From IMG/VR virus record IMGVR_UViG_3300043821_000003: 47,327 nt of DNA. The stretch is one strand, 5' to 3'. Position numbers and translations under genes: made by a program. Numbering within the stretch: position 1 is the first letter of the stretch; every line of letters starts with the position of its first letter. The DNA is from a virus. Below the pieces are notes generated by a model. It did not search any database and was not told where the DNA came from. It saw only the letters and a program-made list of their open reading frames with translations. Shown here piece by piece: positions 34,803 to 43,338 of the stretch.

Positions 34803-35570
34803 ATGCAGAGTGTAAACCGATATAGAAAAGGACGTGATAGAGTGAAAAGAGTTTGGAGAACGCCAGAACTTGACTATTACAACCTTTACGCCGATATGCT
34901 ACAACAGCCCCATTTACTAATTGCAGGTGCTACGGGCAGCGGTAAAAGCGTTGTAATAAATGGCATGATGACAACAGCACTAAAGGACAGCCCCGCCGCT
35001 GTACAGTTTATATTGATCGACCCTAAACGGGTTGAACTGGTGGACTATAAAGAACTACCCCACACGCTGCGTTATAGCAGTGAACCGGGTGAAATGGTAC
35101 AGGCATTACAGGAAGCTATAACGATAACAGACAACCGTTATAGAGACATGGCACGGCAGCACGTCAAGAAATACGGCGGCGGTGCTGTGTATGTGGTTAT
35201 TGATGAACTAGCCGACCTGATGACAACCAACAAAAAGCAAGTGCAACCGATATTGCAACGGCTTTGTCAGATCGGCAGGGCGGCAAATGTCCACGTTGTA
35301 GCCGCTACACAGTGCCCGTTGTCTGCTGTGATCCCTACACCTATAAAAGTAAACTTTGATAGCCGTGTAGCACTCAGAACCCGCAGCGGACAGGACAGCA
35401 GAAACATTTTAGGCGTGACAGGTTGCGAACTCTTACCCCGGTACGGTCAAGGCTATTACATGACCCCGGAGGGTTGCAAGCTGTATAATATCCCGATGTA
35501 TGAGGATGAAACCCCGGACATAATAGAATATTGGAGGAAACAGAAACCCCGGATTGTATGGAATGGATAG
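34803..35570 (+). CDS. FtsK/SpoIIIE (HerA-related) family P-loop ATPase, motor domain only
   Basis: Walker A IAGATGSGKS, Walker B VYVVIDELADL, plus GRAANVHVVAATQ. No TM or gamma domain. Start uncertain (ATG 34803 or GTG 34842). Confidence 0.8.
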   Translation: MQSVNRYRKGRDRVKRVWRTPELDYYNLYADMLQQPHLLIAGATGSGKSVVINGMMTTALKDSPAAVQFILIDPKRVELVDYKELPHTLRYSSEPGEMVQALQEAITITDNRYRDMARQHVKKYGGGAVYVVIDELADLMTTNKKQVQPILQRLCQIGRAANVHVVAATQCPLSAVIPTPIKVNFDSRVALRTRSGQDSRNILGVTGCELLPRYGQGYYMTPEGCKLYNIPMYEDETPDIIEYWRKQKPRIVWNG

Positions 35571-35577
35571 AACGCCC

Positions 35578-35604
35578 GCCCCGTATGATCCGGGGCTTTC
35601 TTTA
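35578..35604 (+). terminator. Intrinsic terminator after the FtsK-like gene (GCCCCG-7 nt-CGGGGC + TTTCTTT)
   Basis: Stem at 35578-35583 and 35591-35596, followed by a T-rich tract. Confidence 0.55.
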
Positions 35605-35622
35605 TGCCCTCAGAACGCACAC

Positions 35623-35658
35623 ACGCCCCGGCAGCAGGTCTTTCCTACACCGGGGCGT
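35623..35658. other. 9-bp GC-rich hairpin (ACGCCCCGG-18 nt-CCGGGGCGT) 12 nt beyond the terS stop
   Basis: It shares GCCCCGGCAGCAG with the hairpin at 34739-34759. Confidence 0.55.
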
Positions 35659-35669
35659 ATTTCATCAGC

Positions 35670-36323
35670 TTATTTGATTTTAGGGCTTTCTGCCCCTTCT
35701 GCGACTTCTGAGATTTCACCTTCTGGCACGTCTACAATGTCGGCATTGTCAAGATACTTTCTTGCAAGGGCTTCTGTGTCGGCACTGTCACCCAACGGAT
35801 TGTTAGGAGTCAGAACCATTTCTGTCTGATCCTTCATACCGTCATAGTTCTTCTGCCAGAATATGCCAGTGACAGGGTTGACCTTGCCATCCTGCATAAG
35901 TCCCTCACGGTATAAAGCACACACTTTCTGCACCTTTTTGATAAAGTCGGTGCGGGCGGGGTTCGTTGTACAACGGTTGACCCACTCCCATGCAATACCC
36001 TTATCTATTCCTATTGCAGCATACGCAGCTTGATTGCCTATCTTCATATCGTACTTTGCACACGTTTCCAGATAGTGCATGAACCGTCTTTCCATCTCTT
36101 CTATGTCGTTATAGTCCAACTTCTCAGACGGCATGATCTCCATAGTGAACTGAATCATCCGGGAGTTATACCCTTCTGGCAGATCAGGATTGTGACCCTG
36201 TACAATCGGGCTATTTTCTCTTGCTTTTTCCAAGTTCGCAGGGCTACTCTTCTGATACCCCTCTGTCTTTCTGGGCTTTCTGTCCTTCCCTCTCGTTCTG
36301 GGCTTCTTCTGTTCTTCTGCCAT
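35670..36323 (-). CDS. terS: Terminase small subunit
   Basis: 217 aa with a basic N-terminus and the C-terminal pattern NPVTGIFWQKNYDGMKDQ typical of terS proteins. RBS is AAAGGAG. Confidence 0.7.
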   Translation of the reverse strand: MAEEQKKPRTRGKDRKPRKTEGYQKSSPANLEKARENSPIVQGHNPDLPEGYNSRMIQFTMEIMPSEKLDYNDIEEMERRFMHYLETCAKYDMKIGNQAAYAAIGIDKGIAWEWVNRCTTNPARTDFIKKVQKVCALYREGLMQDGKVNPVTGIFWQKNYDGMKDQTEMVLTPNNPLGDSADTEALARKYLDNADIVDVPEGEISEVAEGAESPKIK

Positions 36324-36426
36324 TCTTACCTACTCCTTTCTGTTCCTTCTCTTTCTGCTCTCTTTTCCATCTCTCTACATAACTTTCCATAGTTCTGCTC
36401 CTTTCTGCGACTCTTCAAATTGAAGA

Positions 36427-36474
36427 ATACTTGTATAATTTTCCCTAGTAGTCGTATACTAAGAGAAGTTATAG
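36427..36474 (-). promoter_or_regulatory. Copy B of the repeated element, ~105 nt upstream of terS
   Basis: CTATAACTTCT-12 nt-CTACTAGGGA-AA-ATTATA-C-AAGTAT on the minus strand. Next to it is the palindrome TCTTCAA-A-TTGAAGA (36412-36426). Confidence 0.5.
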
Positions 36475-36502
36475 AGTAATTCTTCAATCTGAGGAATAAG
36501 TG

Positions 36503-36745
36503 TTAATATTCATCACTCTCACCGTCAAAAAGATACTCGTCACCTGTCTCACCATTACTAAGCAAGACCTGATAACCAAGGCTTTCTGCCAGTTCTACAA
36601 ATTTCCTGACAGTCATTCCCATTCCGTTATCTCTTGACAGCAGAGTATAAAGCGTTTTCTCATTGATCCCGGTACGTTCTGCAATTACGCTTTTCGGAAT
36701 CTCTTCTTCATCTGTAATCATATCAATGAAGTCTTTTACATCCAT
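36503..36745 (-). CDS. Small HTH DNA-binding protein (80 aa)
   Basis: SVIAERTGINEKTLYTLLS is HTH-like. It is the last gene before the terS upstream region, making it a candidate late regulator. Confidence 0.55.
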   Translation of the reverse strand: MDVKDFIDMITDEEEIPKSVIAERTGINEKTLYTLLSRDNGMGMTVRKFVELAESLGYQVLLSNGETGDEYLFDGESDEY

Positions 36746-36748
36746 AGC

Positions 36749-38227
36749 TTACCCCTCCCTTCTCTTAATGCCACGGTACACGGTCACGCCTTTCATGAGT
36801 GACTTTTCTGTATACCATTCCGGGTGCATGGTAAGTTCTGCATTGAATTTCTTCATACTGCATACATAATAACCATTGCTCTTGCACCAGACTTTGTAGT
36901 TATCGAAGAGAGTCTTTGCTTTTGTAACTGATTCATCGTCACGCTCACATTTCTCTTCAAGGTACTGCAATACAAGATCGTTGTCTTTCTCATATTGCTT
37001 GACTACCTTCTGCATATTTGCTGACATTTTCAGACCAAACCTTCTGTACTTGAAGTACCCTGCAACCAACCATGTGAAGATACCACGCATTGCTTCCGGT
37101 GACTCAAAGTAGTCCTTCAAGCCTTTGTCCTGTTCGTCATCGTTGAAGTGCCTGTTAAATTCAATGACACGCACACGATCAGAAGCAAACAGGGACTTAT
37201 CTTTTACCGCAGGCAGGTCATTACAGGACAGCCACATGGTAAACTGCGGCTTGAATGTAATTGCTGTCTGGTACAACTCACGGGCGGTGATCTCTTCTCC
37301 ACCAGTAAGCTGCTTGATAACTGATTCATCCAACTTCCCGGCGGTGTCTGACTCACTCATAGTAACCATACGCTTACCTTTCAGCTTTGCCAGTACCGGG
37401 CTTGCTGCTTCTGCGTTCTTTGCTCTGTCACCACGGCAGATCAGTTCTACAGGTGTGACCGTAGAGTAATCACCAAGCAAGTGCTGAATAGCATCAAGCA
37501 TGGTGGACTTTCCGTTTCTGGTGGTCTTACCATGCAGGATAAACATACACTCTTCCTTAGATGTTCCAAGGATGGAATAACCCAAGGCACGTTGCAGGTA
37601 GTCCGCTTTGTCCTTGTCGTTCTGCGTTACTTCCTTGATAAACTGTTCCCATCTGGCACACTTCTCTTTCTTCACACCGTATTCAAAATTGGTCTGCATT
37701 GTCAAGAAGTCATCCCATTTATGCTCACGGAATGTCAGTGATTCCAGATCATAAGTACCATTCTTACAGTTAATCAGGAATGGGTGCGTATCAAACTCTG
37801 CTGCCGCAATCTTTAAGTTGTCGGCTGCGTCCTTCATGAGTCGGTCACGGAAACGCCTGTCACCCATCTTACCAACAAAAGCCATGTACTGCTTACGCTT
37901 ATCTTCGTCTGGGATTTCTCCGCAATAAAGAGCCATGATCCTGACAAACTCTTTGATTTTGTTGGACACAAGCAATGATCCTACATCCTTCTGCCACTTG
38001 CCACCGTCATAGGTGTACCACGACTTTGCTTCCGGGCAGTATCGGGTGTCGTGATCGTAACACTCTGAAAAAAGGTCAGCCATTCCCGCTTCATCCCACG
38101 AATACCCTGTAGAATCTTCCTGATAGGAAGTCTCAGGGTGATGTTCTTTGATATATGTCAGCTTTTCTGAAATCTCTACCGATGTTACATAGCGTCCGTT
38201 GGACAACTGAAATAATTCATCTTCCAT
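36749..38227 (-). CDS. D5/P4-family primase-helicase (SF3 NTPase, primase C-terminal domain)
   Basis: YLQRALGYSILG...FILHGKTTRNGKST (Walker A), with a D5_N-like upstream region. Confidence 0.85.
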   Translation of the reverse strand: MEDELFQLSNGRYVTSVEISEKLTYIKEHHPETSYQEDSTGYSWDEAGMADLFSECYDHDTRYCPEAKSWYTYDGGKWQKDVGSLLVSNKIKEFVRIMALYCGEIPDEDKRKQYMAFVGKMGDRRFRDRLMKDAADNLKIAAAEFDTHPFLINCKNGTYDLESLTFREHKWDDFLTMQTNFEYGVKKEKCARWEQFIKEVTQNDKDKADYLQRALGYSILGTSKEECMFILHGKTTRNGKSTMLDAIQHLLGDYSTVTPVELICRGDRAKNAEAASPVLAKLKGKRMVTMSESDTAGKLDESVIKQLTGGEEITARELYQTAITFKPQFTMWLSCNDLPAVKDKSLFASDRVRVIEFNRHFNDDEQDKGLKDYFESPEAMRGIFTWLVAGYFKYRRFGLKMSANMQKVVKQYEKDNDLVLQYLEEKCERDDESVTKAKTLFDNYKVWCKSNGYYVCSMKKFNAELTMHPEWYTEKSLMKGVTVYRGIKRREG

Positions 38228-38486
38228 TGTTCTTTCTCACCTCCTTCTGCTGATAATCTTTACACTTCGGGGTACACTCATAGCACAGATCGTATTTGAT
38301 CTTACAGCAGAGTCCCCAGTCACCGCCACCTATGAAGTTTTCACAGGTGACGCAAGTATCTGTAGGTTGCTTGAAATCTTCCTCTCTGGGGTTGCTCAGT
38401 CCACAAGCGTACCATTCTTCGCCGGGAGGACAAGTACAACCATAATCAGGATCGTTGAAATCACAACCGTAACATTCTTTCTCCAT
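38217..38486 (-). CDS. Cys-rich small protein (89 aa, putative zinc-binding)
   Basis: About 18 Cys in CxxC or CxC pairs. AGGAGG precedes the ATG at 38486. Confidence 0.55.
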   Translation of the reverse strand: MEKECYGCDFNDPDYGCTCPPGEEWYACGLSNPREEDFKQPTDTCVTCENFIGGGDWGLCCKIKYDLCYECTPKCKDYQQKEVRKNNGR

Positions 38487-38488
38487 AG

Positions 38489-39271
38489 TTACCTCCTGTA
38501 TCTGCTTATGCTTTCTGCAATAATCTGTAGTTCTCTGTCTGGAAGCGGCGGCTTGCACACCTCTTCATTGACTCTCTGCAATTCCTGATAAATCTGCATC
38601 GGAGTGTACCCGGTATTGTGCAATGCACCTGCCAGACTGGTGAGAGAAATGTTTCTGCCACCGTCCGGGATTTCCGGGTAGTCCGGTCTGACAAAGATTC
38701 TCCCACCCGCAGGCTTCGGAAACTTAGGAGAATAGATACGCTGTACCATGCTTGAATTGCTCCCGGTCTTTTCTGTCTCTTTGAAATACTTCTCCACTAC
38801 ATAGTCAATAGCTTCCTGATTATCAATGATCTCTGGGAAGATCAGCACCTTCCCAGTCATAATAAAGAACCGTCTTGCCTGATAGATTTCTACGCCTGCA
38901 AGATTGTTCTTACCTGAGAACGGCAGCTTGCCACGCATGAGGATATGTACTCCACGTCCACTCCGGGACTTCTCTGTGTATGAGTGGCAGGCTTGCATAA
39001 TATCTGCACACAGCGGGGTCATAAGACCGTCCTCAAAGCCTGCATCAATGTCAATGCCTACAATGTTCTGATCGGCAAAGACATAACCTATGTGATCGTA
39101 GTGTCCGTTCTCCACCGCCCACTCAGCCTGCTCAAAGGTAGACCAAGTTTCCGGGGCAGTGGATGAAGCGGCTTTTCGCTCAAATGCTCTCATGGGAACT
39201 TTTGAACCGTCCCAAGCACACACCCACTGATTCTGATTCTTTAATTCTTTTGGTATTCTGGAATAGTCCAT
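38489..39271 (-). CDS. Bifunctional primase-polymerase (AEP PrimPol N-terminal domain protein)
   Basis: GIDIDAGF (DxD) and SRSGRGVHIL (sGxGxH) motifs. Confidence 0.8.
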   Translation of the reverse strand: MDYSRIPKELKNQNQWVCAWDGSKVPMRAFERKAASSTAPETWSTFEQAEWAVENGHYDHIGYVFADQNIVGIDIDAGFEDGLMTPLCADIMQACHSYTEKSRSGRGVHILMRGKLPFSGKNNLAGVEIYQARRFFIMTGKVLIFPEIIDNQEAIDYVVEKYFKETEKTGSNSSMVQRIYSPKFPKPAGGRIFVRPDYPEIPDGGRNISLTSLAGALHNTGYTPMQIYQELQRVNEEVCKPPLPDRELQIIAESISRYRR

Positions 39272-39286
39272 CTGTTCCCACGCTCC

Positions 39287-39967
39287 TTACTCTGTAATTA
39301 ATTCGCTGTGTGGTAGTGATTCGATGAAATGGCAGAACGTATGCCATTCATCAAGTTTATGGTTTCTTCGTGCATGATAGATGTTTTTCAACACCGCATA
39401 ATTAAGCTGCACGGTACGCTTCTGGTTATAAGATGACGGCAAAAGCTGAATCATCTGCCACCAGTCACGCTTGTCCTTCTGTCCAAGGAAATCAAGTCTT
39501 GCGTTGTTCAGTGCATCCACCACCATCTTCATGATGATAAGATTAGTCTGAGACAGGTGATCCGTGGAGAAATCTTCCAAGGTAAACTCTTTTGCCTGAA
39601 TCTTGTGCATTGTGCTACACGAATTTGCGACTGTACCCACCTTGTAGGTGTCAAATTCTTTCCACCAATAGAGAGGTGCTTCCAAGTCCACTGTGACGTT
39701 AATCATTCTCAGGAACTTCCCGTGATCGTTACCTGCTGCCGCAAGTTTCTTCATGAGAGAGAGGTCATTTTCTCCTACTGCATAACAAGCAAATTCTGAA
39801 CAATCATGTTCTTTCGGATGACAAATGCCTTCACGATCAATAATCCCACATTTTCCACAATCTACAGCAGGATAACTGTCTGATTTATCCCATGAGTTCA
39901 TAGGATTTCTCATACCTCTAATTGCAGCTTCCCATCCGTAGGTTTCTGCCTTTGAAATTCTAATCAT
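39287..39967 (-). CDS. ThyX-fold (flavin-dependent thymidylate synthase-like) protein with a divergent active-site motif
   Basis: Colinear with ThyX (H..F...I.V.V.L.AP......; LP....T....N...L.N....R...H...E), but the RHRxxSxxxxSxRY segment reads DTYKVGTVANSCSTMH. Confidence 0.6.
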   Translation of the reverse strand: MIRISKAETYGWEAAIRGMRNPMNSWDKSDSYPAVDCGKCGIIDREGICHPKEHDCSEFACYAVGENDLSLMKKLAAAGNDHGKFLRMINVTVDLEAPLYWWKEFDTYKVGTVANSCSTMHKIQAKEFTLEDFSTDHLSQTNLIIMKMVVDALNNARLDFLGQKDKRDWWQMIQLLPSSYNQKRTVQLNYAVLKNIYHARRNHKLDEWHTFCHFIESLPHSELITE

Positions 39968-40154
39968 GATTCATACCATCCCTTCTGCGAACTCTCATGT
40001 AGTCTTTGTAGTCCAGACCATTCATCTTCGCTGCTGTATGCAACGCTCTCTTCTTTGTGCCGTATGTGCCGGGGATAGGCTCTTTACAGCCTACCTCCGT
40101 GACATACCATCTACTGCTACCATGTTCTTTGTGTACTTCGTACTTCATAACCAT
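39960..40154 (-). CDS. Hypothetical protein (64 aa from MVMKYEV); its frame stays open upstream to 40250
   Basis: RBS is GGAAAGGAAAG. See the finding on the possible fusion with 40145-40366. Confidence 0.4.
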   Translation of the reverse strand: MVMKYEVHKEHGSSRWYVTEVGCKEPIPGTYGTKKRALHTAAKMNGLDYKDYMRVRRRDGMNHD

Positions 40155-40366
40155 AGTCTTTGCTTTCCTTTCCAATCGGTTGATAACCTGTTCAGGATCA
40201 AGGTCACAGAGAGAGAATGAAACCACTGTGACCGGAAGAACCTTCTGCACTCGCCCACGTTGCAGTCTGTAGTCGGTGACTTAAAGCCTGCCAATAAGTC
40301 AACGTAGTCAATCGCAGCTTGCTCTATGATCCCGAACCTGAGATTGTCCAATCCTTTATCTGTCAT
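40145..40366 (-). CDS. Hypothetical small protein (IIEQAAIDYV...ECRRFFRSQWF family)
   Basis: 73-aa ORF overlapping the next ORF by 106 nt in another frame. Confidence 0.45.
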   Translation of the reverse strand: MTDKGLDNLRFGIIEQAAIDYVDLLAGFKSPTTDCNVGECRRFFRSQWFHSLSVTLILNRLSTDWKGKQRLWL

Positions 40367-40380
40367 ACCTTAACCCTCCA

Positions 40381-42507
40381 TCACATTGACTTCCTTTCGG
40401 CAATCTCAGCCATTTTTGCAGCGTTCAGGCGGGTATCACCATGAACTCTGCTGTATGACAGGTAGCCATTCATTCTGTCAATCTTCGTGAGGTTGGTACT
40501 GCCACATACCGGGCAAACATCCATCTCCAACTCTTCATGACCGCAATCATCACAGTATGCCAGAGACAGGTTGACTCCTTCGTAATAGCCTAACTCCATT
40601 GCTCTGCATACCAGAGTCTTGACGGCGTTCCGGTTGTAGCTGATCGGATATCTCACATACTGAATCTTGCCACCGTTGCAGAGATTCCAGAAACGCCCCT
40701 CCAAGTCCTGCTTCTGGATCGGTGTGATATCTTCCGTGACATGACAGTGAAAGCTATTGCTTACATACGGTCTGTCCGATACATTCTTAATCACTCCGTA
40801 CTTCTTTCTGAACTGCTCCACCTGCAAACCACAAAGGCTCTCAGCAGGTGTGCCGTAGATTGCATACAGCCATCCGTCAGCTTCCTTGTATTCATTGACC
40901 TTATCGTTGATGTGCTGCATAACTTCCAGTGCAAATGCACCGTCCTCTGCAATGGACTTGCCGTTGTAGAGTTCCTGCAACTCATTAAGTGCCGTGATAC
41001 CAAAGGATGCAGTCATAGGTTTGAGAAGTGGTTTGATCTTGTCCGAAGGTTTCAAATGACCTCCATAGAAACCACCCTCGCAATAGGCAATCGGGTTGGT
41101 ACTGGCTCTCATTTCTCCAAGGTACTCATAGGTACGCTTATGAATGTTACGGATCATTTCAAGGTAGAAGTCCAAGACCTCATAGAAGTCCTTGCCCTCT
41201 TCTCTTGCTTTTGCAAGAATCATCGGCAGATGCAGGCTGACTGCACCGATGTTAAAACGTCCTTCAAAGATAGGCTTATCATCTTCGTCTGCCGGGTGCA
41301 TACCGCCACGCTCATACCACGGACTGAGGAAAGCACGACACCCCATAGGGCTTACCACTCTGCCATATTTCTTGTACATCTCAGCCACATAGCCGTCACC
41401 CGTAAGAGACAGCCAGTCAGGGTACATTGTCTTGCAGCTACAGTCAATCCCGGCTTCAAATACATCTTCGTTGATACAGCCTTCACCATGAAGATTCTTG
41501 TCATATAGGAATACCAGTTTAGGGAAAAGGACTGGCTTCTTATTTCCCGGCTTACCCTCACCTGTCATGTGAACACGCAAGAAAGTCTTGCTTGCCATTT
41601 TACCGAAACGATCCGTAGCCAGACCGAAGGTCATAGTGATAAATGGATAGTCACCACGGGATGATCCCACAGTGTTCAGCTTCATTTCAATTCCTTGAAA
41701 TCCCTGTTCAAAATCTCTTTCTACCTTCTGCATAGCCCATTCATGAACTTCCTGCGTGAAGGTCTGCTGATTGCGAATTTCCATGTATTCATCCACATAC
41801 TTCTTATAAGATTTCTCAGCGTAAGGTGCTGCCAACTTGTCAACTTCCGGTACTGTAAATCCTCCGTACTGCTGACTTGCGGTTGCGAGGATGATATCAC
41901 CCAGTACATCAAAGAACACATCAAGCGTTTTCGGTTCGTTGTACCAGATATTCCCCATCTCAAAGCCACCCTTCATAACCTCATTGACTCTGAACAGGCA
42001 ACAGTTCATAGTGTCCAGTCTTGCGGACTGATCGTGAATGTAAATGTAACCGTCCCGGCAAGCCTGCAACTCTTCCTGAGTCATGAAGAACTTACGGTAC
42101 AGACGCTTATTCAGTTCGTTGAAGATCAAGCAACGCTTTGTAGCCACCAGTGCTGAGTCCGTGTTTGCGTTCTCTTTATCTCCCTGAAATCTAACAACCT
42201 GCGATTTCTGGAATACCCTGTCTAACACATGAACAAAGTCCTGCTTATAGTTTCTGTAGTTACGATAGGATGTAGCAATCCGTGGATCGTACTTATCAAG
42301 TACCTGTTCCACAATATTGTGCATCACGGCAACCGGGATATCAGTAAGTCCTTTTTCTTCGATCACTTCCAGTACCGAACCAACGATTTCATGAAATGCT
42401 GTATCATCCAGTGTAATCATGACTCTGGAAGCAGACTTGTTGACAGCGTTTACGATCTTTTCACCGTCAAACTCTTCCAGTGTTCCGTCTTTCTTAATTA
42501 CTTTCAT
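40381..42507 (-). CDS. nrdD: Anaerobic ribonucleoside-triphosphate reductase
   Basis: N-terminal ATP cone (MKVIKKDGTLEEFD..KI), C-terminal zinc ribbon CDDCGHE...CPVCGS, and glycyl-radical tail RMNGYLS. RBS is AAGGAGAAG. Confidence 0.9.
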   Translation of the reverse strand: MKVIKKDGTLEEFDGEKIVNAVNKSASRVMITLDDTAFHEIVGSVLEVIEEKGLTDIPVAVMHNIVEQVLDKYDPRIATSYRNYRNYKQDFVHVLDRVFQKSQVVRFQGDKENANTDSALVATKRCLIFNELNKRLYRKFFMTQEELQACRDGYIYIHDQSARLDTMNCCLFRVNEVMKGGFEMGNIWYNEPKTLDVFFDVLGDIILATASQQYGGFTVPEVDKLAAPYAEKSYKKYVDEYMEIRNQQTFTQEVHEWAMQKVERDFEQGFQGIEMKLNTVGSSRGDYPFITMTFGLATDRFGKMASKTFLRVHMTGEGKPGNKKPVLFPKLVFLYDKNLHGEGCINEDVFEAGIDCSCKTMYPDWLSLTGDGYVAEMYKKYGRVVSPMGCRAFLSPWYERGGMHPADEDDKPIFEGRFNIGAVSLHLPMILAKAREEGKDFYEVLDFYLEMIRNIHKRTYEYLGEMRASTNPIAYCEGGFYGGHLKPSDKIKPLLKPMTASFGITALNELQELYNGKSIAEDGAFALEVMQHINDKVNEYKEADGWLYAIYGTPAESLCGLQVEQFRKKYGVIKNVSDRPYVSNSFHCHVTEDITPIQKQDLEGRFWNLCNGGKIQYVRYPISYNRNAVKTLVCRAMELGYYEGVNLSLAYCDDCGHEELEMDVCPVCGSTNLTKIDRMNGYLSYSRVHGDTRLNAAKMAEIAERKSM

Positions 42508-43000
42508 GTAAGACCACTTCTCCTTTCTGTAATGATTTTTGTACGTCAATCACTCTCTGATTGGTACTGCCCGCCCAGTGATAATTGACATCCTTCAACT
42601 CTTCTTCAAAGCGTCCATCCACCAGTACGTCTGCATATTTGACTACTGCAAGCAGATATTTGTTTGCAAGAATCTGTTCCCATGTGTACCCAGTGTAGAC
42701 CCATATTGTTTTCTTCGGAAATCTCTTCTGTACTGCTTTCATGATGGAGAATACTGCTCCACGGTTCTGCGGGTGCAGCGGATCACCACCTGAGAAAGTA
42801 ATACCTGCCACATACGGTTTTTCCAGTGCTTTCATGATTTCATTAAATGCTCTCTTGTCAAACACTAAACCGTCATCAGGATTCCATGTGACAGGATTCT
42901 GACACCCTTTGCAATGGTGTTCACATCCTGCAACCCAGAGGACTACCCGGAGTCCGTCACCGTTGTTCATGTCATCCTGAGTAATGTTGTGATATCTCAT
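42494..43000 (-). CDS. nrdG: Anaerobic RNR activating enzyme (radical SAM)
   Basis: GCEHHCKGCQNP cluster motif, about 168 aa, upstream of and overlapping nrdD. Confidence 0.9.
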   Translation of the reverse strand: MRYHNITQDDMNNGDGLRVVLWVAGCEHHCKGCQNPVTWNPDDGLVFDKRAFNEIMKALEKPYVAGITFSGGDPLHPQNRGAVFSIMKAVQKRFPKKTIWVYTGYTWEQILANKYLLAVVKYADVLVDGRFEEELKDVNYHWAGSTNQRVIDVQKSLQKGEVVLHESN

Positions 43001-43335
43001 TAGATATCTCCCGGCTTACGATGCAGTGAATTTTCTACTGTAAACCCTTCCGGGTAACGGGCTTTCAGCTTTTCAATGTTCATCTGCATGACTGTATCAA
43101 TGTCCGTTCCCAGTGCATTACACGCTTCTGCGATCATCCAGAGACAGTCACCAAGTTCCTTTTCCATGTGTTCAAGGTTCACTTCATGTCCCTGATATTT
43201 CTTTTGCAGGATTCCTGCAACCTCTCCTGCTTCACTGTTCAAACCAAAAACGGCATGAAACAGTCTATCTTCTTTCTGATCGTAAGGAATACTGCAAGTT
43301 CTGATTGCAAGTTCCTGATATTCTTTGCCTGTCAT
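43000..43335 (-). CDS. MazG-like nucleotide pyrophosphohydrolase
   Basis: GLNSEAGEVAGILQK...ELGDCLWMIA carries the EExxE/D-type MazG motifs. Confidence 0.8.
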   Translation of the reverse strand: MTGKEYQELAIRTCSIPYDQKEDRLFHAVFGLNSEAGEVAGILQKKYQGHEVNLEHMEKELGDCLWMIAEACNALGTDIDTVMQMNIEKLKARYPEGFTVENSLHRKPGDI

Positions 43336-43338
43336 GAT

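Noticed and set aside
35554-35829. 91-aa plus-strand ORF overlapping the end of the FtsK-like gene and the terS 3' end
   Set aside because: It reads through two GC-rich hairpins and a terminator, lies antisense to terS, and has a Pro/Ser/Ala-rich low-complexity translation with no RBS.
36324-36400. Possible 45-codon upstream ORF (MESYVERWKREQKEKEQ…) with its own AAAGGAG RBS, overlapping the terS start out of frame
   Set aside because: Low-complexity Lys/Glu/Gln text generated by the purine-rich leader. No family was recognised. The terS start MAEEQKKPRTRGK fits the expected basic N-terminus. It cannot be excluded as a leader peptide.
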